Shown one piece after another: positions 17,839-28,312 of a DNA stretch of 53,277 nt. The notes beneath the pieces were generated by a model. That model was not told the DNA's origin. It made no database searches and saw nothing but the letters and a program-made list of their open reading frames with translations. Source of the stretch: a virus (lineage: Duplodnaviria > Caudoviricetes); the IMG/VR virus record IMGVR_UViG_3300031975_001497, positions 1 to 53,277 of that record; one strand, written 5' to 3'. The position numbers and the translations under genes were made by a program. Position 1 is the first letter of the stretch. Each line of letters opens with the position of its first letter.

Positions 17839-18698
17839 AAAAAATAAGTTATAGTCAATTTAATCAATGGGTTACTTGTCCATGGAAATGGAAACTTAAT
17901 TATATTGATAATTTAAGACAGTTTACAGATAGTATTCATACGTTGTTTGGTACTTCAATGCATGAAGTACTACAAACATATCTTACAGTAATGTATAATG
18001 ACACTATCAAAATGGCTGATGCATTACCATTAGATGAAATGTTATTACATAGAATGAAAAAAAACTATACTACTGCTATGGAAAAAAATGGTGGTGAAGT
18101 TTTTTGTGAACAACACGATATGGAAGAGTTTTATAATCACGGGTTATTGATATTAGAGTGGTTTAAAAAGAAACGTGGTATGTATTTTAGTAAAAAGAAT
18201 TATGAACTTGTTGGTATAGAAGTACCAGTTGAATATGATTTACCCAATGATATAAAATTTATTGGTTATATTGATGTAATTTTACACGACACTAATAGAA
18301 ATAGATATAAGATTATTGATATTAAAACATCTACTATGGGATGGAACAAATATCAAAAGGCTGATAAAAATAAAACGAATCAATTATTATTGTACAAACA
18401 GTTTTACAGTGCACAACATAATATACCCATAGATACTATTGATGTAGAATATTTTATTGTTAAAAGAAAACTATACGAAAAATTAGATTTCCCACAACGA
18501 AGAGTACAAACATTTTCACCAGCAAGTGGTAAACCAAGTATTAATAAATTAATGATTAATTTAAATCAATTTCTTGATGAGTCATTTGTTAATGGTGAAT
18601 ATAATTTAGAACATACTTATATAAAACAACCATCTAAAAAAAATTGTAGATATTGTGAGTTCAATCGAACTGAACATTGTGACGTAGGAGTTAAGTGA
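17835..18698 (+). CDS. PD-(D/E)xK RecB-family / Cas4-like exonuclease
   Basis: ISYSQ..CP, GTSMHE, IE, GYID, IIDIKT, QLLLY, C-terminal CRYCEF....C. Confidence 0.85.
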   Translation: MKKISYSQFNQWVTCPWKWKLNYIDNLRQFTDSIHTLFGTSMHEVLQTYLTVMYNDTIKMADALPLDEMLLHRMKKNYTTAMEKNGGEVFCEQHDMEEFYNHGLLILEWFKKKRGMYFSKKNYELVGIEVPVEYDLPNDIKFIGYIDVILHDTNRNRYKIIDIKTSTMGWNKYQKADKNKTNQLLLYKQFYSAQHNIPIDTIDVEYFIVKRKLYEKLDFPQRRVQTFSPASGKPSINKLMINLNQFLDESFVNGEYNLEHTYIKQPSKKNCRYCEFNRTEHCDVGVK

Positions 18699-19120
18699 TG
18701 AAAAATAAACTAAGTTTAAGATTAAAGTTAAGTGATTTTATTAATAGTGAAATCGAATCTAATGTTATGAAACAAATAAATAAAATTCATAACGAGTTAG
18801 ACGTTGCAGTGTTATTGTATTTATGGTTTGACAATGATGAAATTAAAGGCACAGAGTTAAAAGATTTTTTAGTAAGATGGGAAGATAAATTATCTTTCAG
18901 AACAGTAGTCAAACAAAGTTCTATCATTAAAACAAATGATTTTATATGGTTTGATATAGCTCCTCTAAATATTAGTAAAAGTAGTAGAAAAAGATTTCAA
19001 TTTAAGTATTCAGAAAATAAACAAATACTACAAGGTTTAAAAGAATTTTATAATGTGGCAAAGTTCACTACAACAGAAAAGCCTATAAAAAAACAAAAAA
19101 GAAATGACTATGAAGACTAA
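18695..19120 (+). CDS. Hypothetical protein
   Basis: 141 aa coupled ORF with GGAG SD. Confidence 0.6.
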   Translation: MMKNKLSLRLKLSDFINSEIESNVMKQINKIHNELDVAVLLYLWFDNDEIKGTELKDFLVRWEDKLSFRTVVKQSSIIKTNDFIWFDIAPLNISKSSRKRFQFKYSENKQILQGLKEFYNVAKFTTTEKPIKKQKRNDYED

Positions 19121-19517
19121 GATTGGTATAGTTGGGAGTAGAGCTTACACTAATAAAAAGAAAATAAAAGATTTAATATTTGAAATAAAAGAAAAATATG
19201 GTGATGAAGTAGAAATAGTTAGTGGTGGTCAACGAGATGGTGCTGATGGTTATGCTAAGAAATTTGCTTTAGAGTTTGGTATGAGTTACGTAGAGTTCCC
19301 ACCATCACATTATAATTGGAACATGCATTGTAAACTACCAGCTACAAAATATAATAAACCATATTATGTTTCAAATTATTTTAAAAGAAACAAACAAATT
19401 GCAGAGTATAGTGATATTATCGTTGCTTTTATACCTAAAGATGTAGAGTCAAGAGGTACAATGAGTACTATAAACTATGCAATTAAGGAAAAAAAATTAA
19501 CTAAAATTTTAGACTGA
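19104..19517 (+). CDS. SLOG superfamily (YspA/DUF2493-like) protein
   Basis: IGIVGSR, IVSGG.RDGADGYA, RNKQIAEYSD, SRGTMSTI. Confidence 0.8.
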   Translation: MTMKTKIGIVGSRAYTNKKKIKDLIFEIKEKYGDEVEIVSGGQRDGADGYAKKFALEFGMSYVEFPPSHYNWNMHCKLPATKYNKPYYVSNYFKRNKQIAEYSDIIVAFIPKDVESRGTMSTINYAIKEKKLTKILD

Positions 19518-19554
19518 TATATACTTATATATATACATATATACAGAGGTTTTT

Positions 19555-19746
19555 ATGAATTACAAATTAACATCCGTTAAGGTTTTAAAAGAACTATATA
19601 GAAAATTCAAAAGTTCAAACTTAGATGATGAGTTTACATTACAAAAATTAGTAAATCGTTCAATGGATTTGTACTTATTAGACAACGATTTTAATATGAA
19701 AATAAAAAATTGGCAAAACTTAAAACAAAGTGGGAGTAGATTATGA
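19555..19746 (+). CDS. Small protein, possible ribbon-helix-helix DNA binder
   Basis: LTSVKV strand followed by two predicted helices; GAGG SD. Confidence 0.5.
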   Translation: MNYKLTSVKVLKELYRKFKSSNLDDEFTLQKLVNRSMDLYLLDNDFNMKIKNWQNLKQSGSRL

Positions 19747-19985
19747 GTAATATGAGGTCAGATTATATAAGAGCATGTAGATTACATTTCAAAGCAGGAA
19801 TAGAAAAACATAGAGTCAATGTCGAGAATTTAATGAGAAATTCAATGGGTATTGGTGAACATGGTGATTTGATGGATGAAATAGAAAAAGAATTAGGTAA
19901 GATGGCTGACTATAGTGATAAATTAGAAATGTTAGATTATTTTGAAGTTGAAGTTGGTTCTACTAAAAACATACTAAACGATTAG
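19743..19985 (+). CDS. Hypothetical protein
   Basis: 80 aa ATGA-coupled ORF. Confidence 0.6.
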   Translation: MSNMRSDYIRACRLHFKAGIEKHRVNVENLMRNSMGIGEHGDLMDEIEKELGKMADYSDKLEMLDYFEVEVGSTKNILND

Positions 19986-19992
19986 AGGTTTT

Positions 19993-21408
19993 ATGTCTAA
20001 AAAAAAGATACTATTATTATCAGATGATTTACGTATGACATCTGGTATTGGTACAATGTCAAAAGAATTTGTTCTAGGTACTTTAGATAAATTCGATTGG
20101 ATTCAAATTGGTGGAGCAATCAAACATCCTGAAGAAGGTAAGATTGTTAATATGGACAAATCTGTTCAAGAAGAGACAGGTGTCAAAGACGGTAAACTAA
20201 CAATTTACCCAGTAAATGGTTATGGTAACGCAGACATACTTAGAAATGTTATAAGTATTGAAAAACCAGATGCAATCCTACACTATACAGACCCAAGATT
20301 TTGGGGTTGGTTGTATGAAATGGAACACGAAATACGACAGGAGATACCTATCTTCTATTATAACATTTGGGATGATTGGCCAGCTCCACAGTATAATGAG
20401 AATTTCTACGAGTGTTCTGATTTAATAATGAACATATCAAAACAAACTGTGGCTATTGTAAAAGAAGTTGCAAAAAAGAAACCAAGAACAGATTGGGATT
20501 GTACTTATTTACCTCATGGTGTTAGTAATGCTTTTTATCCTATATCAATCTTTGATGAAGAGTATAAAAAAGTAGAAACAATGAAAAAACAATTAACCGA
20601 TGATGACGTTGAGTTTATTATGTTTTACAATAATAGAAATATTCGTAGAAAAATGACTAGTGATATTATAATGGCATTTAAACATTTTTGTGAAATGTTA
20701 CCATCAGATAAAGCCAACAAATGTGCTTTGTTATTACATACACAACCAATCGATGAAAATGGTACACATCTACCTAACGTTGTTAAAGACTTATGTCCAG
20801 ATTACAAAGTTTACTTTAGTGATAGAAAATTAGATATATCTCAACTTAATCACTTGTACAATATAGCTGACGTTACTATTAATATAGCAAGTAATGAAGG
20901 TTTTGGTCTTGGTACTTGTGAATCATTGATGGCAGGGACACCAATTATCGTCAACGTTACTGGTGGTCTACAAGACCAATGTGGGTTTAAATTAAAAAAG
21001 TATAACGGTGATAAGTCTGGTTATAGTGAAGGATTATTAACCTCAAAAGACTACGAAGAGATAAAATCACTTCACGATTGGAGAAAGTGGGAACACAATA
21101 AAGACTTATCTCATGGTAAATGGGTAAAACCAGTTTGGCCTAAGACACGTTCATTACAAGGTTCAATACCAACACCTTATATTTTCGATGACAGGTGTGA
21201 TTATGTTGAAGTGGCAGATAAAATTAAAAGCTGGTATGATATGGGAAAAGAAGAACGAGAAAAATGTGGTACAAAAGGTAGAGAGTTTGTATTGAGTGAT
21301 GATAGTATGATGTCAAGTAAACATATGAGTGATAATTTTGTAAATCATATGGAAACAGCATTTGAAAAATGGAAACCAAGAAAAAGATATAGTATATTTA
21401 AGACGTAG
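19993..21408 (+). CDS. GT-B glycosyltransferase (GT4-like)
   Basis: NRNIRRK, LYNIADV, NEGFGLGTCESLMAGTP (ExFG...E motif). Confidence 0.88.
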   Translation: MSKKKILLLSDDLRMTSGIGTMSKEFVLGTLDKFDWIQIGGAIKHPEEGKIVNMDKSVQEETGVKDGKLTIYPVNGYGNADILRNVISIEKPDAILHYTDPRFWGWLYEMEHEIRQEIPIFYYNIWDDWPAPQYNENFYECSDLIMNISKQTVAIVKEVAKKKPRTDWDCTYLPHGVSNAFYPISIFDEEYKKVETMKKQLTDDDVEFIMFYNNRNIRRKMTSDIIMAFKHFCEMLPSDKANKCALLLHTQPIDENGTHLPNVVKDLCPDYKVYFSDRKLDISQLNHLYNIADVTINIASNEGFGLGTCESLMAGTPIIVNVTGGLQDQCGFKLKKYNGDKSGYSEGLLTSKDYEEIKSLHDWRKWEHNKDLSHGKWVKPVWPKTRSLQGSIPTPYIFDDRCDYVEVADKIKSWYDMGKEEREKCGTKGREFVLSDDSMMSSKHMSDNFVNHMETAFEKWKPRKRYSIFKT

Positions 21409-21416
21409 GAGTTATA

Positions 21417-22751
21417 ATGAGTAAACCAATATGTTTAGTTACAGCACCAGTCGCAACGAGAAGTGGTTATGGTGCACACAGTCGAGATATCGTTAGGGCT
21501 TTAGTTAAGTTAGATAAATATGATATAATGATATACAATGTTAGGTGGGGTAATTGTTCAATGAATGCATTGAACAAAGACGACCCTAATGATAAATTGA
21601 TTATAGATAGATTGTTAAAACAACCAAAATTAGACAAACAACCAGAACTACATATTCACATAGTAATACCAAATGAATTTCAACAGTTTGGTAAATATAA
21701 TATAGGTATTACAGCAGGTTTAGAAAAAACTGCATGTCCACCTGAATGGATACAAGGTATGAATAAAATGGATATGAATATAGTACCATCTCATTTTGTA
21801 AAAGATGTAATGAATAGTGTTTCGTTTAATGTAAATAATAAAGAAACAAATCAACCAGCTGGTCAAATAAAAGTAGAAAAACCAGTAGAAGTTTTATTTG
21901 AAGGTGTTGATACAAACATATTCAAAAAAACTGATAAATTCTCAAAAGATTTTGTTGATGAGATGAAAAATGTAAAAGAGTCATTTAACTTTTTATACGT
22001 TGGTCATTGGTTACAAGGTGGTTTAGGTAACGATAGAAAAGACACTGGTATGTTAGTAAAAGTATTTTTAGAAACATTTAAAAATATGAAAACTAAACCA
22101 GGTTTGATAATGAAAACAAGTGGTGCTACATTTTCTGTACTAGATAGAGAGGATATACTAAATAGAATCAAAGTTATTAAAGATACGATAAACGGTGACT
22201 TACCTAATATTTATTTACTACACGGCGACTTTACTGATGAAGAAATGAATGAACTTTATAATCATCCAAAGGTAAAAGCTCACGTTAATATCACACACGG
22301 TGAAGGTTTTGGTAGACCTTTACTTGAATCAACAATTTCTCAAAAACCAGTAATAGCATCTGGTTGGAGTGGTCACGTAGACTTTCTACCTAAATCATCA
22401 GCAGTATTATTAAATGGTTCAGTAGATGATGTACCAAAAAGTGCGTTTCCAGAAAATATGTATGTAGAAGGTTCAAAGTGGTTTACAGTTAATTACCAAG
22501 AGGCATCAGCATATATGAAAGATGTATTTGATAATTATAAAAATTATACACTTAATGCAAAAAAACTTGGTATGGTAAATAAATCTAAATTTTCTTTAGA
22601 TGCTATGACAACAAAATTAGGTGAAATTTTAGATAAGTATGTACCTGAGTTTCCTAAAGAAGTTGAGTTGAAATTACCAACATTAAAAAAAGTATCAGAG
22701 CCTTCAACTAAATTACCAAAACTTAAACTACCTAAATTAAAGAAAGTATAA
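21417..22751 (+). CDS. GT-B glycosyltransferase (GT4-like)
   Basis: SGYG, GVDTNIF, RKD, GEGFGRPLLE, SGHVDF. Confidence 0.88.
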   Translation: MSKPICLVTAPVATRSGYGAHSRDIVRALVKLDKYDIMIYNVRWGNCSMNALNKDDPNDKLIIDRLLKQPKLDKQPELHIHIVIPNEFQQFGKYNIGITAGLEKTACPPEWIQGMNKMDMNIVPSHFVKDVMNSVSFNVNNKETNQPAGQIKVEKPVEVLFEGVDTNIFKKTDKFSKDFVDEMKNVKESFNFLYVGHWLQGGLGNDRKDTGMLVKVFLETFKNMKTKPGLIMKTSGATFSVLDREDILNRIKVIKDTINGDLPNIYLLHGDFTDEEMNELYNHPKVKAHVNITHGEGFGRPLLESTISQKPVIASGWSGHVDFLPKSSAVLLNGSVDDVPKSAFPENMYVEGSKWFTVNYQEASAYMKDVFDNYKNYTLNAKKLGMVNKSKFSLDAMTTKLGEILDKYVPEFPKEVELKLPTLKKVSEPSTKLPKLKLPKLKKV

Positions 22752-22752
22752 T

Positions 22753-23199
22753 ATGGAAAGAGTAATAGATTGTCCAGTTTGTTTAGATACAGATAAATGT
22801 TTTGAAGATTTACAAAAAGACTATAATGCTTATTTGTGTTTTAATTGTGGTTATATGAGTGATTCACGATACGAAACTCATAGTCTGAAATTATTAGATG
22901 AATTAAAAAAATCACCAAAGTTAGTGAACTCATTACAGTTTCAAGATGAAACTAGAAACATTACTTGGTTTCCAAGTGTGATTAATATGGGTGAAAAAGG
23001 TATGATATACCCAGAGGGCACAATTGATTCTTGGGTTTGGAAATATGCAACTATTGTTGATATACCAGAGAACGAACGTGATAAATATCAAGGTCATAAC
23101 AAAAGACTCGACTTAGAAGGTGCTAAATCGTTCCCAGCTCAAAGTGGTTTTCTACAAGCCTGTAAGGCAATGGGTATAACAAAAGACCTCAGTACATAA
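22753..23199 (+). CDS. Hypothetical protein with N-terminal zinc ribbon
   Basis: CPVC...CFNCG. Confidence 0.6.
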   Translation: MERVIDCPVCLDTDKCFEDLQKDYNAYLCFNCGYMSDSRYETHSLKLLDELKKSPKLVNSLQFQDETRNITWFPSVINMGEKGMIYPEGTIDSWVWKYATIVDIPENERDKYQGHNKRLDLEGAKSFPAQSGFLQACKAMGITKDLST

Positions 23200-23756
23200 T
23201 GCCAAAACAAATATACAATTGGGGTAAAGTTAAAGCTGGAGATATTATATCATTCAGATATAAAGGAAAACAACCTATACCAACACTAACATCAATAATC
23301 GTGCTTAATACAAAACTACCACATAAGAAAAAAGATGGTAGTAAAATTTTTCAATTAGTTGGGTTGAAATTAGAAGAAGCAGGGACTATACCTTTAATTA
23401 AAAATAAAGTATTACTTGTTGATATATTACAAAAACTTGGAAAGATTAAAGTAGTTGATGCTAATAATGAGATATTTAGAGTAGATATAGAAGGTGTAGG
23501 ACCTCGTGGAGCTACACCACGTGTGTATAATACTATAAAAAAGAAATTACAACAATTTTCTATTTATAGAACTTATGACTACGATGAAGCAAAAAAATCA
23601 GCAGTGTTTTTAGAACCAATTGATTTACCAAAACAATTAGTTGAATCTTTAACTAAAGATGAAACAGTGGTAGAAGATATTGTAGATGAAACAGTAGAAA
23701 AAGTAAAAAGAAAAACTTCAGTAGTAACAGGTGCTGATACTACAGAAGATGCGTGA
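23199..23756 (+). CDS. Hypothetical protein
   Basis: 185 aa TAATG-coupled ORF. Confidence 0.6.
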   Translation: MPKQIYNWGKVKAGDIISFRYKGKQPIPTLTSIIVLNTKLPHKKKDGSKIFQLVGLKLEEAGTIPLIKNKVLLVDILQKLGKIKVVDANNEIFRVDIEGVGPRGATPRVYNTIKKKLQQFSIYRTYDYDEAKKSAVFLEPIDLPKQLVESLTKDETVVEDIVDETVEKVKRKTSVVTGADTTEDA

Positions 23757-23764
23757 GGTATTAA

Positions 23765-24427
23765 TTGAAAATTAGTTATGGTATTACAGTTCACAATGAA
23801 GCTGACGAATTAAATAGGTTATTAGAAATATTAATTCACAAAACACAATCACAAGATGAAATCATTATTTGTGTAGATGGTAAAGATGACGCTGTAGAAA
23901 ACGTGTTACAGAGTTGGACTCAACAATATGGACACGATGATATGAAAGTTATAAAAGTTTATCAGAGAAAACTTGATGGTGACTTTGCAGCTCATAAAAA
24001 CTCAGTTATAGAAAATTCAACAGGTGATTATATATTTCACATAGATGCAGATGAATACCCTAATGAAATATTACTTCAACAATTACCTCAAATTATAGAA
24101 ATAAATAATGTAGACTTGATTTGGATACCTCGTGTAAATACAGTTGAGGGTATGAAAGAAGAACATATACAAAGATGGCAATGGAGAGTTTCAGAAAAAG
24201 GTTGGGTTAACTATCCTGATTATCAAGCAAGAGTATTTCGTAATCATAAAGATATAAGATGGACACGACCACTTCACGAATACATAACCGGGTCTAAAAC
24301 ATATGCACATCTACCACCACACGAAGAGTTAAGTTTATATCACCCTAAAACAATACAAAAACAAGAACAACAAAATATGTTTTACATTAATAATTTTAAT
24401 CAAGATTTGTTAGTTCGGAAAGTTTAA
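23765..24427 (+). CDS. GT2-family glycosyltransferase
   Basis: ISYGITVHNE, DFAAHKN, GDYIFHIDADE, PDYQARVF, LHE; TTG start after GAGG. Confidence 0.88.
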   Translation: MKISYGITVHNEADELNRLLEILIHKTQSQDEIIICVDGKDDAVENVLQSWTQQYGHDDMKVIKVYQRKLDGDFAAHKNSVIENSTGDYIFHIDADEYPNEILLQQLPQIIEINNVDLIWIPRVNTVEGMKEEHIQRWQWRVSEKGWVNYPDYQARVFRNHKDIRWTRPLHEYITGSKTYAHLPPHEELSLYHPKTIQKQEQQNMFYINNFNQDLLVRKV

Positions 24428-24436
24428 TTGTAGTCA

Positions 24437-25162
24437 ATGAAAAATGTATATATTTATAATGTAGTCAAAGATAATAAAAGATATGACAATGAATTGTTAT
24501 TAAATTATTTTAGAGCTCAAGTTGATAATAGTTTAAGATTTGGTTGGAAAAAAGAAGATATAATCATTGGTACAAATTTTAATTTTGAACATAACGGTGT
24601 AAAGAATATCAAACTTAAAAACATATGCACTACGAATATTTTTAATAACAAGTGGTATGGTATGTTAGAGTTGATGATGAATGGACATATAGAAGATGAT
24701 TTTTGGTTTCACGACCAAGATTCTTGGCAAGTAAGTGAGATTGAATTTCCTGAATTTGATGGTGAGATTGGTGGATGTACTTATGTATACACATCAGAAT
24801 GGAATACGTGTTCAATGTTTTTAAAACAATCTTCAGTAAATATAGTAGAGTATATAGTAGAGTTTATGAAATTAAATGATAATACAAATTTTTATAGTGA
24901 TGAGAATTACATGGCGTTATTAAGAAATAATAGTCCAATAAAAGACTATCTAACTACTTTGAATAACAAATTCAACGTAGGGTTAACACATATGGAAAAA
25001 CGATATAACGCGGCTGAAAAACCTGTATGTGCATTAGGTTTTCAACCACACGTTCAAAGTTCGTGGGATGTTTTTATTGAAGGTAAAAATGATTTAGATT
25101 TAAAATTAATCGACAATGAAATGATAGAATTATTTAAAACATATAATTTAGTACCGGAGTAA
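24437..25162 (+). CDS. Putative GT-A fold glycosyltransferase-like protein
   Basis: WFHDQD (DxD), WNT, SDE pattern; glycan-island context. Confidence 0.5.
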   Translation: MKNVYIYNVVKDNKRYDNELLLNYFRAQVDNSLRFGWKKEDIIIGTNFNFEHNGVKNIKLKNICTTNIFNNKWYGMLELMMNGHIEDDFWFHDQDSWQVSEIEFPEFDGEIGGCTYVYTSEWNTCSMFLKQSSVNIVEYIVEFMKLNDNTNFYSDENYMALLRNNSPIKDYLTTLNNKFNVGLTHMEKRYNAAEKPVCALGFQPHVQSSWDVFIEGKNDLDLKLIDNEMIELFKTYNLVPE

Positions 25163-25164
25163 TA

Positions 25165-26166
25165 ATGGAAAAAGTTGTAATATTTGGACCGTGGTGTGGT
25201 GAGTTTAGTTATGAACTAAGTTGGTGGAATCCAGGTATCAGAAAAATAAGAAACGAAGAGTTTAAAGATTATAAATCAGTGCATATTGGTTTCAAAGGTA
25301 GACGTGCTATGTATAAAGATTTCATTGATGAATATGTTTCATATCCAAAAGAACTTGAACAGACATTAAAATATCCAGCAGCTGGTGGTCAACATATAAT
25401 AGATGTAGGTGAAGTTATTCCAGATGAATTAAAAGATTTTACATATCAAGTAGCAGATAGATATCAACAAGAAGGACACGAGGTATCTTTATATTGGTGT
25501 GATGCAAATGCATATGCAGGTGGTAAACACATACACGATGAAAAACCATTTGGTGAATATGTTAATTATGAAATCAATACAGAAATGTACGATAGTATTA
25601 AAAAAGAAATTCAAGAATATTTCTCAGATGATAGAGATACAATAGCATTGATGGCAAGAATTAGAGATAGAAATAGAGGACCTAGTACAGGTGGTTGTTA
25701 TTTAAATTGGAATCCTGATAGTTGGGAAATATTTTTAGATAAAGTTATAAATGAATTAAATACAAATATAGTTGTGATTAATTTATCAACAAGTGGTGCT
25801 GCAGGTGGTGCTATGAGTTTTGAGGGTACAAAGTTATATGAAGATAATAAAAATCGTATAATGACAATTAATTTTGATGATGATGAAGATTCATTAGATA
25901 AACAATTAGCTTTATTGAAAGCCACAAAATGTAGTATTTATGGAGCGAGTGGTTCAGCAGTATTACCATTCTTTGTAAAGACACCTACGTTTACACAACA
26001 AACAGTTGAAGAAGGTTTTAGATTGAGATATCAATGGGAAAAAGACTTAACAGATAATTTGAAAAACATAATGATAATTGATAAATATAAAAGTGGTGAG
26101 GATTTATACGAATCACCACCAAATGAATTATTTGAACAATTTAAAGAATTTTATGAGAATATATAA
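25165..26166 (+). CDS. Hypothetical protein, possibly GT-B / heptosyltransferase-like
   Basis: GEFSYEL near the N-terminus; LALLKATKCSIYGASGS resembles the GT9 C-terminal motif. Confidence 0.45.
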   Translation: MEKVVIFGPWCGEFSYELSWWNPGIRKIRNEEFKDYKSVHIGFKGRRAMYKDFIDEYVSYPKELEQTLKYPAAGGQHIIDVGEVIPDELKDFTYQVADRYQQEGHEVSLYWCDANAYAGGKHIHDEKPFGEYVNYEINTEMYDSIKKEIQEYFSDDRDTIALMARIRDRNRGPSTGGCYLNWNPDSWEIFLDKVINELNTNIVVINLSTSGAAGGAMSFEGTKLYEDNKNRIMTINFDDDEDSLDKQLALLKATKCSIYGASGSAVLPFFVKTPTFTQQTVEEGFRLRYQWEKDLTDNLKNIMIIDKYKSGEDLYESPPNELFEQFKEFYENI

Positions 26167-26387
26167 TGACAGGTCTTAAATCAAGCGTAGCACAAAAAGG
26201 TAGATATGTTACTCAGATTATACATTTTGTAGGTGGTCATTGTAAAACAATACACGGTATAGATACAGAGACTATCGAACAAGGTCAATTTACTAAGTTC
26301 ACAACAAAAGATGGTATTATGGTATTAATACACGACCCAAACGTTTTAATGGTTGAAGTTTTCGAGGAGGATGATAATGAAAATTAG
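26166..26387 (+). CDS. Small hypothetical protein
   Basis: 73 aa coupled ORF. Confidence 0.6.
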   Translation: MTGLKSSVAQKGRYVTQIIHFVGGHCKTIHGIDTETIEQGQFTKFTTKDGIMVLIHDPNVLMVEVFEEDDNEN

Positions 26388-27483
26388 AGAAAGTATGTTA
26401 CCAGTTTTAGGTCCAAAAGGTGGTGAAGAAGAAGTACAAGCAATCAGAGAAGTTATTGAAAGTGGTTGGTGGGGTAAAGGCCCTAAAGTAGCTCAGTTCG
26501 AAGAAGAGTTTGCTAAAATGGTTGGTCATAAATATGCAGTGGCAGTCACTAGTAATTCACACGGTCAAGACCTAGTTATGAAAGCTATGGGTTTCAAGGG
26601 TATTGATGTAATTAACCCAGCTATATCATTTATAGCAACAGCTATGGTGCCTCTTTGGAATGACTGTACATCTAACATAGTTGATGTGAAAAGAGATTCG
26701 TTATGTATAGACCCTGATGATGTTGAACGGTATAAGAAATCAAATAGTGAAGTCTTAATTTCAGTTGATGAAGCAGGTGTCATCGCAGATTATGAAAATC
26801 TAAGAAAAAAGTTTGGTGGTTTTATATTACAAGATTGTGCTCATAGTTGTTGGACACCAGGTGCTGGTCTTGATGGTGATGCTGCAGTGTGGTCATTTCA
26901 AGCAGTAAAGACAATGCCAGCTGGTGATGGTGGTATGATAACCACGAATGATAAACAATTAGCTGATAAATGTAGAGAGATGACTTGGTTCGGTGTATCT
27001 TCTACTTGGAGTAGAGCTCAAGGTCAAAGTGGTAAACCAGGTTATGCTTGGGATTATGAAGTAGATTTATTAGGTTATAAATATTATATGATTGATATTA
27101 TAGCAGCTATATGTTTAGAACAAATGAAGAAACTACCAGAACATTTAGAATTTAGAAGACACGTACAATCACGATATAATGCTGAATTAAATTCAATGAT
27201 TGAAAGACCACCACATTCTGAGACTGTTCAATATTACGTAAGTAGAGTACCAGCTGAACATAGAGATTCTATGATTGATTATCTAGCAGATAAAAAAATA
27301 CATACTTCAGTTCATTTCAAACCATTGTATAAATACGGTCCATTAAAACAAGATAGAGAATATCCAGTTTGTGAATCAGAATGGGTAAAATTATTAACAC
27401 TACCTTGTCATAATAGAATGACAGAAGAAGATATTGATTACGTGATTTACTGGGTAAACAAATACGTTGAAGACAATATATAA
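26377..27483 (+). CDS. DegT/DnrJ/EryC1/StrS sugar aminotransferase
   Basis: GPKVAQFEEEFA, QDCAHS, SFQAVK (PLP lysine), GDGGMITT; ATG 26377 after GAGGAGG. Confidence 0.92.
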   Translation: MKIRESMLPVLGPKGGEEEVQAIREVIESGWWGKGPKVAQFEEEFAKMVGHKYAVAVTSNSHGQDLVMKAMGFKGIDVINPAISFIATAMVPLWNDCTSNIVDVKRDSLCIDPDDVERYKKSNSEVLISVDEAGVIADYENLRKKFGGFILQDCAHSCWTPGAGLDGDAAVWSFQAVKTMPAGDGGMITTNDKQLADKCREMTWFGVSSTWSRAQGQSGKPGYAWDYEVDLLGYKYYMIDIIAAICLEQMKKLPEHLEFRRHVQSRYNAELNSMIERPPHSETVQYYVSRVPAEHRDSMIDYLADKKIHTSVHFKPLYKYGPLKQDREYPVCESEWVKLLTLPCHNRMTEEDIDYVIYWVNKYVEDNI

Positions 27484-28312
27484 TATAGAAAATACTATCA
27501 ATCTTGATACAAACCCTTGCTTTAATAGTGAGAATACGTATCCAGACTTTCAAGAAGATTTGAGTAAATTCAAAACTCATTTGTGTACTTCAGTCAGGCA
27601 TGGTGAGTCAGAAACATTTTACAAATTTGGTGACGGTGATTATTATTTTTTAACAAAACAAGAAGTCGGTAGTGCTAAACCAGGTAATAGAGCAATAAGT
27701 GTTTCATATGATGATATAAATCATTCAGAGTTTACTGAAGGTGCTACAAAGAATGACTATTATACTTGTGAGATATACCCAGAAAACAGAGAGATGTTTA
27801 AGGAAGTTATAGGTAAACAGATTGATTATCCAGCTGAATATGGTTATGGTCTTGTAGCAAACAAATGGTTCTTTAAACAATTTTCAGGTAGAATTGGATT
27901 GATTGGAGCTAGTGAGAAATTAAATCTAATACAAGAACTTATGAGTTATGATGAGTACAAAGAATATCTTGGGTTAGATAATTTTACTGATTATATTCAT
28001 TACCCACAAAAATATGCATGTGATGATATAAATTTAGTTGAAGAGTTTGTTGGAGCTCAATTAAAAGAATCACAATCAAATATATTTTTAGTTGGTATAG
28101 GTCATTCAAAAAGTGGTATATTGCATAAGTTAAAGAAATATAAAGATGCAGTGTATATGGATGTCGGAGCCGGTATAGATAATATAGCTGGTTGTATAAA
28201 CATACGTAGACCATACGCTGGTGATTGGACAAACTATAGAATCAAAGATTATGATTACTCACGAATAGATTACTTGAGATATAGTGGTGAAGGTAAAGAA
28301 GTTATTCTATGA
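27467..28312 (+). CDS. Putative GT-D fold (DUF1792-like) glycosyltransferase
   Basis: KFGDGD near the N-terminus; LVGIG...MDVGAGID near the C-terminus. Confidence 0.55.
   Translation: MKTIYNIENTINLDTNPCFNSENTYPDFQEDLSKFKTHLCTSVRHGESETFYKFGDGDYYFLTKQEVGSAKPGNRAISVSYDDINHSEFTEGATKNDYYTCEIYPENREMFKEVIGKQIDYPAEYGYGLVANKWFFKQFSGRIGLIGASEKLNLIQELMSYDEYKEYLGLDNFTDYIHYPQKYACDDINLVEEFVGAQLKESQSNIFLVGIGHSKSGILHKLKKYKDAVYMDVGAGIDNIAGCINIRRPYAGDWTNYRIKDYDYSRIDYLRYSGEGKEVIL

Noticed and set aside
23199-23756. Possible T4 gp2-like DNA end protector
   Set aside because: Only a vague pattern resemblance (FRY...GLKL...YRTY); insufficient without a profile search.
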